64,000 nucleotides of DNA from an uncultured Acidobacteriota bacterium (GCA_963843575.1 CAWJKZ010000014.1:224001-288000), one strand, 5' to 3'; shown: positions 9,957 through 20,426, counted from the stretch's first letter. The notes: a model not told the origin generated them from the letters alone. Translations and numbers: made by a program.

Positions 9957-10565
9957 ATGAAGTCGATTTTTCTCATGGACGTCGACACGCAGCGGGACTT
10001 CATGGTCCCGGCCGGGGCGTGGCGCATCCACGGCGCCGAGCGCCTGATCCCACGGTTGCGCCGACTGTTCGATTTCGCGCGCAGAAACGGCGTTTCGATC
10101 GTCTCCACGGCGGAAATCCACCCACCGGATGATCCCGAGTTCCTGAATTTCGCCCCGCACTGTGTGCGCGGCACCGACGGGCAGCGCAAGATCGACGACA
10201 CGCTGCTCCCGCGCGCCGTCACCGTCGAAACCCGTCCCATCGACCGCAACCTCGTCGAACTGGTGCGGAAGCACCAGCAGATTGTCATCCAGAAGGAGCA
10301 GTTCGACGTGTTCAGCAATCCGATGACCGAGAAGCTGCTCCGGGCCCTTCCCCAGCACGCCATCGTGTGCGGCGTCATCGCCGAGCACTCGGTCCGCCTG
10401 GCTTGCCTTGGGCTGCGCAGTATGGGGGTGAAGACCGCGCTGGTCGGCGACGCGGTCGGTGCGCTGGCCAAGGACTCGGCAGACCGGGCCTTTGCGGAAC
10501 TGAGGGGCGCGGGCGTGGAATTCACCACCGTCGATGCGCTGCTCTCGGCGCTGCAGGGGGGGTGA
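9957..10565 (+). CDS. Isochorismatase/nicotinamidase-like cysteine hydrolase family protein (nucleophile position is Ser)
   Basis: DVDTQRDF, PHCVRGTDG, K..FDVFSNP, GVIAEHSV. Confidence 0.85.
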   Translation: MKSIFLMDVDTQRDFMVPAGAWRIHGAERLIPRLRRLFDFARRNGVSIVSTAEIHPPDDPEFLNFAPHCVRGTDGQRKIDDTLLPRAVTVETRPIDRNLVELVRKHQQIVIQKEQFDVFSNPMTEKLLRALPQHAIVCGVIAEHSVRLACLGLRSMGVKTALVGDAVGALAKDSADRAFAELRGAGVEFTTVDALLSALQGG

Positions 10566-10579
10566 TTTTCAGAGGACAA

Positions 10580-11719
10580 ATGCCGTGCCCCGCCGGAGTC
10601 TACATCCACATACCCTTCTGCCGGACTCGGTGCAGCTACTGCCATTTCGTCACGCGGCCGATGCACGACGAGGTCGCCTTGCGCTACAGCCGGGCGGTGG
10701 TGCGGGAGATCGAGGTTTTCGAGGCGCATGGCCGCGAGCTTCCCGCGGCCGACACGGTTTATTTCGGGGGCGGCACCCCGAGCATCGTGCCGCCCGAGCA
10801 GATCGCCGCGATCCTCACCGCGTGCAGAAGCGCCTTCCGGGTGCTGCCGGACTGCGAGATAACGCTGGAAGCCAATCCCGGAACCCTCACCGCCGAAAAG
10901 GCGGCCAGCTATCGCGCCATGGGGGTAAACCGCATCTCGATGGGGGCCCAGTCGTTCTTCGATGCGGAACTGACCGCCATCGGCCGTTCGCACCGCGCCG
11001 AGGACACGTCCGAATCGGTGGCCCTGCTGAGGGCGGGGGGCATCGCGAACATAAACCTCGACCTGATGGCCGGCCTGCCGGATCAGGACCAGGCCCGCTG
11101 GACGGCGAACCTGGAGCGCATGGTCGCGCTGCGCCCCTCGCACATCTCGATGTACATGCTGGACCTGGACGCCCATTCGCCCCTCTACCACTCGGTGGCG
11201 AGCGGCGCGTTCCGCCTTCCGGAAGACGATCAGGTCGCGGATTTCTACCTGGAGACCATCGATCACCTCGAACGCTGCGGCTACGTCCAATACGAGATTA
11301 GCAACTTCGCCCTACCCGGGAGAGAATCGCGGCACAATATGAAGTACTGGAACTGCGAGCCGGTGCTGGCGTTCGGCGTCTCCAGCCACTCTTATGACGG
11401 CACGGCGCGGTACGCGAATCTCGGCAACCTGAACGCGTACCTGGAAGCGGTCGAAAAACAGGGTTCGGCACTGGACTGGAGAGAGCCCGACGAGCCGGAG
11501 CATCAGCTTCAGGAAACTTTGTTTCTGGGGCTCCGGCTGCGGTTTGGGGTCGACTGGCACGGGCTGCGCGAAGCGTTCGGCGCCGAAAGAGTCGCCGCGT
11601 ATGAGCCCGCGGTCACGGAAATGGCCGCGCACGGACTGCTGATTTGGGAGGGCGGCCGCGTGCGGCTGACCCGGCGCGGGATGCTCCTTTCCAACGAAGT
11701 CTTTCAGCGTTTCGTCTGA
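10580..11719 (+). CDS. hemW: Radical SAM heme chaperone HemW (HemN-like)
   Basis: YIHIPFCRTRCSYC, YFGGGTPS, EANP, YEISNFA, HNMKYW; RBS GAGGA. Confidence 0.92.
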   Translation: MPCPAGVYIHIPFCRTRCSYCHFVTRPMHDEVALRYSRAVVREIEVFEAHGRELPAADTVYFGGGTPSIVPPEQIAAILTACRSAFRVLPDCEITLEANPGTLTAEKAASYRAMGVNRISMGAQSFFDAELTAIGRSHRAEDTSESVALLRAGGIANINLDLMAGLPDQDQARWTANLERMVALRPSHISMYMLDLDAHSPLYHSVASGAFRLPEDDQVADFYLETIDHLERCGYVQYEISNFALPGRESRHNMKYWNCEPVLAFGVSSHSYDGTARYANLGNLNAYLEAVEKQGSALDWREPDEPEHQLQETLFLGLRLRFGVDWHGLREAFGAERVAAYEPAVTEMAAHGLLIWEGGRVRLTRRGMLLSNEVFQRFV

Positions 11720-11774
11720 AGACTGCAATTAATCCGGGACGACGCGGTTCGCCCCCTTTCTTGAAGGCACGCAC

Positions 11775-12827
11775 ATGGCAAGCCCGATCATCGACATGAG
11801 GAGCGACACAGTTACAAAGCCAATACCCGAGATGCGCGCCGCCATGGCGGCAGCGGAGGTGGGAGACGACGTCTATCTGGAGGACCCCACTGTCAACCGC
11901 CTCCAGGAACGCGCGGCCGGAATAGTCGGTAAGGAGGCGGCGCTTTTCGTCGCGTCAGGGACCATGGGCAACCAGATTGCCGTCAATATACATACCCGGC
12001 CCGGGCAGGAGGTCATCACGGAGCAGAGGGGCCACATCTACAACTACGAAATGGCCGCAATGGCGGCCATCAGCGGCGTCCTGGCGCGCCCGGTGGCCGG
12101 TCCGGAAGGGATCCTGTCATGGGATCTCATCCGGCCGGTCATAGCACCCGGCATCTACTACCGGGCTCAGACCGGACTGATCACGCTGGAGAACACGCAC
12201 AACATGGCCGGCGGCACGACCTACAGCGCGGCGCGGATTCAGGACATCTGCGACCGGGCGCACGAGGCCGGGCTGCCCGTGCATCTGGACGGTGCGCGGA
12301 TTTTCAACGCGGCGACAGCCTTGGGTGCGAGTGTCGCCGATCTCTGCCGCCCGTGCGACTCGGTAATGTTCTGTCTGTCGAAGGGTTTGGGCGCGCCGGT
12401 CGGTTCCATGCTCACCGGAACGGCCGGATTCATCGGGCGCGCCAGGAGCGTCCGGAAGATGCTCGGCGGCGGGATGCGTCAGGCGGGTGTGCTCGCGGCG
12501 GCGGGGCTGATCGCGCTGGAGAAGATGCCCGCGAGGCTCTGTGTGGACCACGAAAATGCCCGGCTACTTGCCGATCTTCTGGCCAAGATCCATACTTTGG
12601 ATATAGATCCGCAGCGGGTGCGGACCAACATCGTAATCGTCGGCATAGGCCGCACCGGCCACGACGCCGGCGAGCTTGCAGCCCTCCTGAAATGCGAGGG
12701 TGTCCTGGTGGGGACGGTCGATTCCTCGACGATACGCCTGCTCACGCATCTGGACGTCGCGCGTGATCAGATTCACGAGGCAGTGGCCGCATTCCGCAGG
12801 GTCCTGCGCCGCGAAGAGGAGCCATGA
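11775..12827 (+). CDS. ltaE: Low-specificity L-threonine aldolase
   Basis: [42 protein letters not shown]. Confidence 0.93.
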   Translation: MASPIIDMRSDTVTKPIPEMRAAMAAAEVGDDVYLEDPTVNRLQERAAGIVGKEAALFVASGTMGNQIAVNIHTRPGQEVITEQRGHIYNYEMAAMAAISGVLARPVAGPEGILSWDLIRPVIAPGIYYRAQTGLITLENTHNMAGGTTYSAARIQDICDRAHEAGLPVHLDGARIFNAATALGASVADLCRPCDSVMFCLSKGLGAPVGSMLTGTAGFIGRARSVRKMLGGGMRQAGVLAAAGLIALEKMPARLCVDHENARLLADLLAKIHTLDIDPQRVRTNIVIVGIGRTGHDAGELAALLKCEGVLVGTVDSSTIRLLTHLDVARDQIHEAVAAFRRVLRREEEP

Positions 12828-13963
12828 TCGTCGAGCCTACCGAAGAGACCCAGGTCCTGCGCGATACCATCCGCGCTTTTGCCGAGTCCGAGATCGCACC
12901 CCACGTGATGGAGTGGGACGAGGAGCAGAGGTTTCCGCTCGAGCTCGTGCCGAAGTTGGCGGAGCTGGGGCTGATGGGGTGCCTCTTGCCCCAGGAATTG
13001 GGTGGCGCTGGCCTCTCGTATCCGGAATACGTGGTGGTGATCGAGGAGATTTCCAGGGTCGACGGTTCGATCGGGCTTTTTCTTGCCGCGCACAATTCCC
13101 TTTGCTCCAATCACATCTGGCTTGCCGGCTCCTGTGAACAAAAAGGACGTTACCTGCCGGGGCTTGCCGGTGGCGCCCGCGTCGGGGCTTGGGCGCTGAC
13201 CGAATCAGGTTCGGGGAGCGACGCGGCGGCCGGTCGCACAACCGCGGTGAGCCGCGGCGACCATTACGTCCTCAACGGCTCCAAGCAGTTCATTACCAAC
13301 GCCTCATTTGCCGACACTTTCGTGGTCATGGCCTCCACCGATCCCTCGGCCGGGCGCGACGGGATCTCCGCATTCATCGTCGACCGCACGTCCCCTGGAT
13401 TCTCGGTTGGCCGCAAGGAAAACAAGCTCGGGCTGCGTGCCAGCGAAACCGCGAGCGTCGTCCTGGAAGATTGCCAGGTGCCCGCCGAGAACCTGCTGGG
13501 GGAAGAGGGGCGTGGCTTCAAAGACTGTTTGCGCGTGCTGGACGGGGGCCGCATCTCGCTAGCGGCGCTCGCACTGGGCATGGCCCAGGGAGCCTTCGAG
13601 CACTCGCTCCGCTACGCGAAGGAGCGCCGGCAGTTCGGGAAGGCGATTTCCGAGTTCCAGGCCACACAGTTCAAACTCGCGGACATGGCCACCGAGATAG
13701 AGGCCGCGCGCCTGCTGACCGTCCGGGCCGCCGAGATGAAGCGGGCCGGAATGCGTACGACCAAGGAATCCTCCATGGCCAAGCTCTTCGCGGGTGAGGT
13801 CGCGGTGCGCGTCGCGGGCGAGGCCGTTCAGATCCACGGCGGGTACGGGTTTATCAAGGATTTCCCGGTCGAAAAGTACTATCGGGACGTCAAGCTCTGT
13901 ACAATAGGGGAGGGAACCAGCGAGATTCAGCGTCTGGTGATCGCGCGCCAACTGCTGAGGTGA
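12824..13963 (+). CDS. Acyl-CoA dehydrogenase
   Basis: [45 protein letters not shown]. Confidence 0.95.
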   Translation: MIVEPTEETQVLRDTIRAFAESEIAPHVMEWDEEQRFPLELVPKLAELGLMGCLLPQELGGAGLSYPEYVVVIEEISRVDGSIGLFLAAHNSLCSNHIWLAGSCEQKGRYLPGLAGGARVGAWALTESGSGSDAAAGRTTAVSRGDHYVLNGSKQFITNASFADTFVVMASTDPSAGRDGISAFIVDRTSPGFSVGRKENKLGLRASETASVVLEDCQVPAENLLGEEGRGFKDCLRVLDGGRISLAALALGMAQGAFEHSLRYAKERRQFGKAISEFQATQFKLADMATEIEAARLLTVRAAEMKRAGMRTTKESSMAKLFAGEVAVRVAGEAVQIHGGYGFIKDFPVEKYYRDVKLCTIGEGTSEIQRLVIARQLLR

Positions 13964-13976
13964 TCTGTACGCACGA

Positions 13977-14984
13977 ATGGACATGCCCCCTGCCGCAACC
14001 CGGACAGCCGATCTCAAGCCGGAACTTCTCAGGCGTGTGCTGGCCGGGGATTTCCGCTCGCTCGCCCGTCTGATAACCCTGGTGGAGAACAACCCGTCGG
14101 CCGCCACGCCTTACCTGCGCGAGCTTTTTCCTTACACGGGGAGGGGTTTCGCAATCGGGATCACAGGCTCCCCGGGCTCGGGGAAGAGCACGCTGGTGGA
14201 TCAGCTCGCACTGCACTACCGTGGCGAGGGGCGCCGGGTCGGGGTTGTCGCCGTTGACCCCACCAGCCCCTACAGCGGTGGGGCGATCCTGGGTGATCGG
14301 ATCCGCATGCAGTCGCGCGGCGTGGATGGCGGCACGTTCATCCGGAGCATGGCAACCCGCGGGCACCTGGGCGGGCTGGCGAGAGCCACCTACGACGTCC
14401 TCACCCTTTTTGACGCCGCGGGGTTCGACGTCACCCTGGTCGAGACCGTCGGGGTGGGGCAGGACGAGGTGGAGATCGTGCGGGCCGCCGACGTCACGGT
14501 GGTCCTCATGGTCCCGGGAATGGGTGACGACGTTCAGGCGATGAAGGCCGGGATCATGGAAATCGGAGACGTGTTCGCCATCAACAAGGCCGATCGCGAC
14601 GGCGCCGACCGCGTCGAGGTCGAACTCAGGGCACTCCTCTCCATCGGCAGAAGGCCGGACGGCTGGACACCGCCGATCGTGCGGACGGTGGCATCTGAAG
14701 GGAAGGGAGTCGCAGAGTGCGCCGCCGCCATCGAGGCCTGCCGCGGCTTTCTCCGGGATTCGGAATACCAGCGCAACCGCTCGCTGCAAATTCAGCGGGA
14801 CCGCCTGATCGAACTCGTACGCTCCAGGGTGATCGACGCCCTGCTGCGAGATCCCGGAGCCGCAGACCTGCTCGATCGGCTCGCCCGGGACGTGGCCGAT
14901 CGGAAGACCGACCCGTACTCCGCGGCCGAAGAACTGCTCGAGGACTCGCCCCTCGGGCGCTCCGAGAACAAAGACACCGAGTAA
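13977..14984 (+). CDS. meaB: Methylmalonyl-CoA mutase-associated GTPase MeaB
   Basis: GSPGSGKST, VDPTSPYSGGAILGDRIRM, ETVGVGQDE, INKAD. Confidence 0.95.
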   Translation: MDMPPAATRTADLKPELLRRVLAGDFRSLARLITLVENNPSAATPYLRELFPYTGRGFAIGITGSPGSGKSTLVDQLALHYRGEGRRVGVVAVDPTSPYSGGAILGDRIRMQSRGVDGGTFIRSMATRGHLGGLARATYDVLTLFDAAGFDVTLVETVGVGQDEVEIVRAADVTVVLMVPGMGDDVQAMKAGIMEIGDVFAINKADRDGADRVEVELRALLSIGRRPDGWTPPIVRTVASEGKGVAECAAAIEACRGFLRDSEYQRNRSLQIQRDRLIELVRSRVIDALLRDPGAADLLDRLARDVADRKTDPYSAAEELLEDSPLGRSENKDTE

Positions 14985-15109
14985 CGCCGCCTTTGCCGAC
15001 GGTCCCGCGGCAATTTCGTTGCCAAACCGCTCGGAGGACTCCATCATGGCGTTTTTGCCGGCGCACGTCCTCGGTGCCGGGTTCACAGCAACCCTCAGGT
15101 TGGGGAGAT

Positions 15110-15991
15110 ATGAACAACATCACCATAGGGATCATTGGCGGCAGCGGGCTGTATAACATGACGGAATTGACCGACCGGAAGGAGGTGGCCGTCACGACCC
15201 CCTTCGGGCGGCCCTCGGACGACATCGTCACGGGCACCCTCAGGGGGAAGACGGTGGCCTTCCTCGCCCGGCACGGCCGCGGTCACCGCATCATGCCTTC
15301 GGAACTGAATTTCCGCGCGAACATCTATGCGATGAAAATGCTCGGCGTCGAACGCATCCTCTCGGCCAGCGCCGTCGGTTCGCTCAGGCAGGAGATCGTG
15401 CCGCTCGACATAGTCCTGCCGGACCAGTTCGTCGATCGCACGCGAGGGCGAGTGTCGACGTTTTTTGGCGAGGGGCTCGTCGCGCACATTGCGTTTGCCG
15501 AACCCGTCTGCCCGGAACTGCTCTCCCACGTACACGCCTCGGCGGCGGCCGCTGGCATCAAGACAACGAAGGGAGGCACCTACCTGTGCATGGAGGGGCC
15601 TGCGTTCTCTACCCGCGCGGAATCCAACCTGTATCGCAGCTGGGGCATGGATGTGATCGGGATGACAAACCTCCAGGAAGCCAAGCTGGCGAGGGAAGCC
15701 GAGATCTGCTACGTCACGATGGCCCTGGTGACCGACTACGATTGCTGGCACGAATCGCATGAAAGCGTCACGGTCGAGATGATCGTCGGCAACCTCATGC
15801 AGAACAGCCAAAACGCCCAATCGGTGATCCTGCAGGCCGTCGCGGACATGCCGGAAGAGCGGACCTGCGGGTGCGGCCACGCGCTGGACCACGCCCTGAT
15901 CACGGATCGCACGCTGGTTCCGGAGACCGTCAGGCAGAAGCTCGCCTGCATCGTCGGCAAGTACTTCGAAACGAGTCAAACCGCCGGGTAG
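15110..15991 (+). CDS. mtnP: S-methyl-5'-thioadenosine phosphorylase
   Basis: IGIIGGSG, RHGRGH, MEGPAFST, IGMT, VTDYDCW; RBS GGGAG. Confidence 0.93.
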   Translation: MNNITIGIIGGSGLYNMTELTDRKEVAVTTPFGRPSDDIVTGTLRGKTVAFLARHGRGHRIMPSELNFRANIYAMKMLGVERILSASAVGSLRQEIVPLDIVLPDQFVDRTRGRVSTFFGEGLVAHIAFAEPVCPELLSHVHASAAAAGIKTTKGGTYLCMEGPAFSTRAESNLYRSWGMDVIGMTNLQEAKLAREAEICYVTMALVTDYDCWHESHESVTVEMIVGNLMQNSQNAQSVILQAVADMPEERTCGCGHALDHALITDRTLVPETVRQKLACIVGKYFETSQTAG

Positions 15992-16029
15992 GCGGGATTC
16001 ACGGCTTCATGATTTTTGCGGGAGGTGCA

Positions 16030-16938
16030 ATGGCAATCCTGGTAGTCGGTTCGGTCGCCCTGGACAGCGTAAAGACGCCTTTTGGCGAGAAGGAGGAGGT
16101 TCTTGGCGGGTCGGCCACCTACTTCAGCATCGCCGCGAGCTATTTCAGCCAGGTCAGCATGGTGGCGGTCGTCGGGGAGGACTTTCCGGAGCATCACGTC
16201 GGAATGCTGCAGAAGAAGGGGATCGACACCTCCGGCCTGCAGCGCGTGCAGGGGAACACATTTCGCTGGAAGGGGGAGTACGGCTTCGATCTCAACACGG
16301 CCAAGACGCTCGAGACCCGGTTGAATGTCTTCGCGGAATTCTCGCCCGACATGCGCCAGGAGCATCGGGCCATCGATTATCTGTTCCTCGGAAACATCGA
16401 TCCCGACCTGCAGCGCAACGTGCTGTCCCAAATGCGCCGTCCCAAACTGGTCGCCTGCGACACGATGAACTACTGGATCGAAAAAAAACCGGCGTCGCTG
16501 CGGCAGATGCTGGCACTGGTCGACGTCTTGGTCATCAACGACGCGGAGACGCGCCAGCTGGCCGGTGAATCCAACCTCTTCCGCGCTGCGAGGAAGATCC
16601 TCGCCTGGGGTCCCAGGTGGCTGGTGGTGAAGCGCGGCGAATACGGTGTCATGATGGTGAACTCGAAGTCCACGTTCTGTGCGCCGGCGTTCCCAATGGA
16701 AGACGTCGTCGACCCCACCGGGGCCGGTGATTCGTTTGCCGGCGGCTTCATGGGTTACCTCTCCGCCTGCGGTTCGAGCGAGGAACCCGCGCTGCGCAAG
16801 GCTGTCGTTTTCGGGTCGGTTATGGCATCCTTTAATGTCAGCGAGTTCGGGCCGGGGCGACTCGCCGACCTGACCTATCCCGAGATCGAGGTGCGTTTCC
16901 GGGAATTCCGAAAGCTGACCCTCTTCGAGGATATCTGA
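16030..16938 (+). CDS. PfkB-family kinase (MTAP-linked subfamily)
   Basis: LVVGSVALD, LGGSATY, DPTGAGDSFAGG; RBS GGAGG. Confidence 0.92.
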   Translation: MAILVVGSVALDSVKTPFGEKEEVLGGSATYFSIAASYFSQVSMVAVVGEDFPEHHVGMLQKKGIDTSGLQRVQGNTFRWKGEYGFDLNTAKTLETRLNVFAEFSPDMRQEHRAIDYLFLGNIDPDLQRNVLSQMRRPKLVACDTMNYWIEKKPASLRQMLALVDVLVINDAETRQLAGESNLFRAARKILAWGPRWLVVKRGEYGVMMVNSKSTFCAPAFPMEDVVDPTGAGDSFAGGFMGYLSACGSSEEPALRKAVVFGSVMASFNVSEFGPGRLADLTYPEIEVRFREFRKLTLFEDI

Positions 16939-16962
16939 CGGTTTGCCCACCCAGGCACGAAT

Positions 16963-18459
16963 ATGACTGCTCTCCGCTCTCCACGCGTCCCCAAGCCTGC
17001 AGGGGTGTCGATCTACCTGGCACTCGCGCTTTGTTGCCTGGCGTTCCCGGCGCACGCCCGACAGGCCAAAAAAAACACGACCCTGGCGGATGCGAAGATC
17101 TACCACGAGGCGATGGCTTGGTTCAAAAAGGGAGAGGCGCTGATCGGTGGGCCCAAGGAGAACAGCGAGGAACAGGCCGATCTCTTCAGGAAGGCGCTTC
17201 AGATCAAGCCGGATTTTCTCGAGGCGCACTACAATCTCGGACTGATCTACGCCAATCAGAAGAGGCTAACGGAGGCTGCCGGCGAATTCGAAGCTGTTCT
17301 GAGGCTGGAGCCGAACTTTGAAGGCATTCACATGCTGCTGGCGACGGCGTACCGGGAAGCCGGCAACAACGACGCGGCGATGGCGTCGCTCGAAGCGGGG
17401 CTGAGAAAGAAGCCGAAGGACCTGCAGATGCTCAAAGCGCTCGGGTTCCTGCAATTCCATGCCTCCCGGGACGCCGCCGCGATCGAGACGCTTAAATCGG
17501 TGCTCGGCATACTGCCGAACGACGTCAACGCGCTGCAGGACCTAGCGCTGCTGTACCATCGCAACGATCGGCTGGACGAGGCGGCGGCCTATTACCGCGA
17601 CCTCGTCCGTGTCGAGCCGAATAACTTCGGCGCCCACTACAACCTGGGCATGATCCTGCTCAGGCAGAAGAAGGACGATGAAGCGGCCGAACAGCTCGAG
17701 GTAGCCGACCGGTTGTCCCCGGGCAACCCTGAGATACTCGAACGTCTGGGGGACCTGTACGCTCTCCGGCAGCATCACGAGAAGGCCGCAGCCTCGTACC
17801 AGGCTGCGTTGGCCAAAGAGCCCGGGCGGGCCGCCCTCCTCTCCAAGCTTGGCTTCAGCCTTGCCAGCCTGAACCGACCCGGGGAGGCGATTGCCATGCT
17901 GGAACGTTCTGTGCGTGTCAATCCCGCCAACCCGCATGCGTTCTACCTTCTGGGAGACCTGTACTCGGAGCAGAACCGTTACGAGGAGAGCGTAACAGCC
18001 TACAGGGCCGCGCTGAAGCTCGATCCTAGACAGAGGGAGGTGCGCTATAACCTCGGGACGCTCTACGCGGAGCACGGCGAGTTGCAGGACGCGCTGGAAC
18101 AGCTGAGAGCGGCGGTCGAAATCGACCCCGGGTACGCGGCGGCCTGGTCGAACCTGGCCCTGGTCAGCGAGAAGCTGGCGCTGCACAACGAGGCGTTGGA
18201 GGCGCACCGCAAGGTGATCCAGCTCGGCCGCGGCCAGGCAATCAACTACTTTCACCTTGGAATCCTCTACGCCCAGCGCAGCCAGCCCGACGAGGCGATC
18301 GGCAACATCGCGCGGGCCATCGAACTGGAACCCGATAAGTACCGGCAATTCCTGCGCGAGGAGCTCAAGAAGGTGCATTCGGTGTTGGACAGCGTGCGCT
18401 ACAACCCGCGGTTCGCGCAGTTGCTGACCGGGCCGCCGCCGACTCCGCCGAAACCGTAG
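16963..18459 (+). CDS. Exported multi-TPR protein
   Basis: Signal-like N-terminus (LALALCCLAFPAHA) followed by roughly a dozen repeats of the AHYNLG/YNLGT/NLAL type. Confidence 0.88.
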   Translation: MTALRSPRVPKPAGVSIYLALALCCLAFPAHARQAKKNTTLADAKIYHEAMAWFKKGEALIGGPKENSEEQADLFRKALQIKPDFLEAHYNLGLIYANQKRLTEAAGEFEAVLRLEPNFEGIHMLLATAYREAGNNDAAMASLEAGLRKKPKDLQMLKALGFLQFHASRDAAAIETLKSVLGILPNDVNALQDLALLYHRNDRLDEAAAYYRDLVRVEPNNFGAHYNLGMILLRQKKDDEAAEQLEVADRLSPGNPEILERLGDLYALRQHHEKAAASYQAALAKEPGRAALLSKLGFSLASLNRPGEAIAMLERSVRVNPANPHAFYLLGDLYSEQNRYEESVTAYRAALKLDPRQREVRYNLGTLYAEHGELQDALEQLRAAVEIDPGYAAAWSNLALVSEKLALHNEALEAHRKVIQLGRGQAINYFHLGILYAQRSQPDEAIGNIARAIELEPDKYRQFLREELKKVHSVLDSVRYNPRFAQLLTGPPPTPPKP

Positions 18460-18700
18460 GGCTCGCGCAAGAATAGTTTCACATTTGGCTGACGGCTCCC
18501 GAGCCAACAGATCCCACAGCAAGCCACGATAGTAGATTGCTATAAGCGGAGCCGTCAGCCCTTCGGGGCGGCGGCGGGCGGGCATCTGCGGCGTTGCGGA
18601 TCCTCGACGAAGTCACCCCATCGCCTGCGTCGCGCCGCCTTGCATCTGCCCGCCCGGCGCTCGCGCCAAAGTGGGCCTGTTATTCTGTGACAGACCCTTA
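18457..18700. mobile_element. Non-coding structured repeat, MITE/REP-like
   Basis: Imperfect terminal inverted repeats AGGG-N8-AGAATA...TTTGGC; perfect 13-bp IR at 18487-18499/18548-18560; second IR CGGGCGGGCA/TGCCCGCCCG. It fills the entire gap between two convergent genes. Confidence 0.6.
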
Positions 18701-19684
18701 GCCCGAGACTTCGGCCCCCGGGGTGCGGGGGTGACGCGCCGTCGCGAGGAAACGGTGCAGTTCTTCCTCGTCCAGCGCGTACAGGTTCTGCGGATTGCCC
18801 CGGGGCTGCAGCTTCCAGCGCATGTGACCCCAAAGCCAGGAATCCGGCTGTTCGCGGACGATGCCTTCCAGGACCTCGTTGAATCGCGCGGTGTTGAGCG
18901 CTATATCCCGGGTCATGTCCCCCGTCCGCACCAACTCCAGAGGTGGCAAGAACTTGATGAGGTATTGCCCGTTGTGCGGGGGGGTGAGGTAGCCGGGAAG
19001 CACCACCGCGTCGCGCCGCAGCGCGAAGAGAGCGAGGCCGGTCGAAGTCGCCGCCGGGATGCCGAAGAAATCGGCAAACACTCCTTCCTGGAGGGACGTG
19101 TTCTGGTCCATGAGGATTCCGACGGGCCGGAAGGCTTTGAGATGCTCGAGGATGCGGCGCGCCGAGTCCTTTTTCGAAATGACGCGGTTCCCGCAGGACT
19201 CGCGCACGGTGACCACAAACTTCTCGAGGTGAGGGTTGTCCAGAGGGCGGGTCACGAAACTCAGCGGAAACCCATAAAGGGCGTGCGCTACCGGCAGAAG
19301 CTCCCATGCGCTGAAGTGCCCGGTTAGATAGAGCAGCGGTTTGCCTGTTGCTGCCGCGGCCTCGTAGTTGTTCAGCCCGCACTGCCCGTCGTAGGTGACG
19401 AGCCGGGAGATCGTGCGCGCGTCGAGCTTTCGCATGCGGCTGATCTCGAGCAGGTTGCGGCCGGTGTACTGAAAACTGCGGCGTGCGATGCGCATGCGCT
19501 CGCCGGACCCCAGTTCGGGAAAGGCGATGGAGAGGTTGACGTCGGCGATGCGGCGGTGGCGTGCGTCCAGGTGGTAGGTGGCCGCCGCCAGCACGTCGAC
19601 CAGCGTTTCGGCGACGGAGCGCGGCAGCACCGACAACAACGCCAGGGCGACGCGGCAGACGAGGTAGATGAAGTAGGATTCCAA
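18698..19684 (-). CDS. Lipid A lauroyl/late acyltransferase (LpxL/HtrB family)
   Basis: TGHFSAWE, RPLDNP, ILMDQ, FFG, WLWGHMRWK; TTG start. Confidence 0.9.
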   Translation of the reverse strand: MESYFIYLVCRVALALLSVLPRSVAETLVDVLAAATYHLDARHRRIADVNLSIAFPELGSGERMRIARRSFQYTGRNLLEISRMRKLDARTISRLVTYDGQCGLNNYEAAAATGKPLLYLTGHFSAWELLPVAHALYGFPLSFVTRPLDNPHLEKFVVTVRESCGNRVISKKDSARRILEHLKAFRPVGILMDQNTSLQEGVFADFFGIPAATSTGLALFALRRDAVVLPGYLTPPHNGQYLIKFLPPLELVRTGDMTRDIALNTARFNEVLEGIVREQPDSWLWGHMRWKLQPRGNPQNLYALDEEELHRFLATARHPRTPGAEVSG

Positions 19685-19748
19685 TGCGTTGGTCTTCGGC
19701 CCGATGTTATACTTTGACCACTGTTGCCAAAACGATTGGACGGTAAGG

Positions 19749-20426
19749 ATGTCGGAAACCCGTTTCCGCCCTCGCGCAGGGCTCGCGGTCGTGCTGGTGC
19801 TTGGGACCTGCGCTGCCGTGTCGGCGGGCTACAAGGCCAAGCCCTGGGCTCCCCGCGCACTTCAGACCTATGCGGCGAAGCTCGCCAGCGAAGGGGTGAC
19901 GATCGCCGTCGATCCGCTCTACCGGGACACTCTGGCGGCCCAGGTTTTCGACAAATCCGACATGGTGACCCGCGGCATTATGCCGCTCGGGGTCATCATT
20001 TTCAACGACAACGACTTCCCAGTAATGATCCGCTTCACCTCGATAGAACTCATCCATGCGGACGAACATTTGCACACCCTGACGCCCAACGAGGTCGCGC
20101 ACAGGCTGTTCGCAAAGGGAAACAAGGGTTCGTGGATTCCGCAGCCGATCCCCCGCAAAACCACCGGCGACGGTGTCAATCGCGACGCCCTCGACGACTT
20201 CGACCACAAGTTCCTCGGGGATAAGACCGTGGAACCACACAGCCAGGGAGGCGGCTTCCTCTACCTGCACATACCATCCGACAAAATAGAACCGTACCTC
20301 GCTGGGTCCAGGCTGTATATTCCCGACGTCTACCGGCAGGACAAGGCCGAGAAGATGATATTCTTCGAAATCGAACTCAAGCCTGTGTTCGAGGCAGCCG
20401 CGGACGAACTAGTGTCCCCTGCGTGA
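19749..20426 (+). CDS. Hypothetical exported protein
   Basis: Signal peptide (LAVVLVLGTCAAVSA); upstream TGTTATACT extended -10 at 19705-19713; typical codon bias. Confidence 0.7.
   Translation: MSETRFRPRAGLAVVLVLGTCAAVSAGYKAKPWAPRALQTYAAKLASEGVTIAVDPLYRDTLAAQVFDKSDMVTRGIMPLGVIIFNDNDFPVMIRFTSIELIHADEHLHTLTPNEVAHRLFAKGNKGSWIPQPIPRKTTGDGVNRDALDDFDHKFLGDKTVEPHSQGGGFLYLHIPSDKIEPYLAGSRLYIPDVYRQDKAEKMIFFEIELKPVFEAAADELVSPA

Noticed and set aside
8846-11290. Very long antisense or alternative-frame ORFs (814 aa here; also 103-1746, 6374-8092, 43349-44734 and others)
   Set aside because: They are shadows of real genes caused by high-GC codon bias and scarce stop codons; no recognisable motifs.
14985-15109. 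Possible SAM or SAH riboswitch upstream of mtnP
   Set aside because: I could not match known consensus elements; only a short GGCAA/TTGCC hairpin and a plausible promoter are visible.
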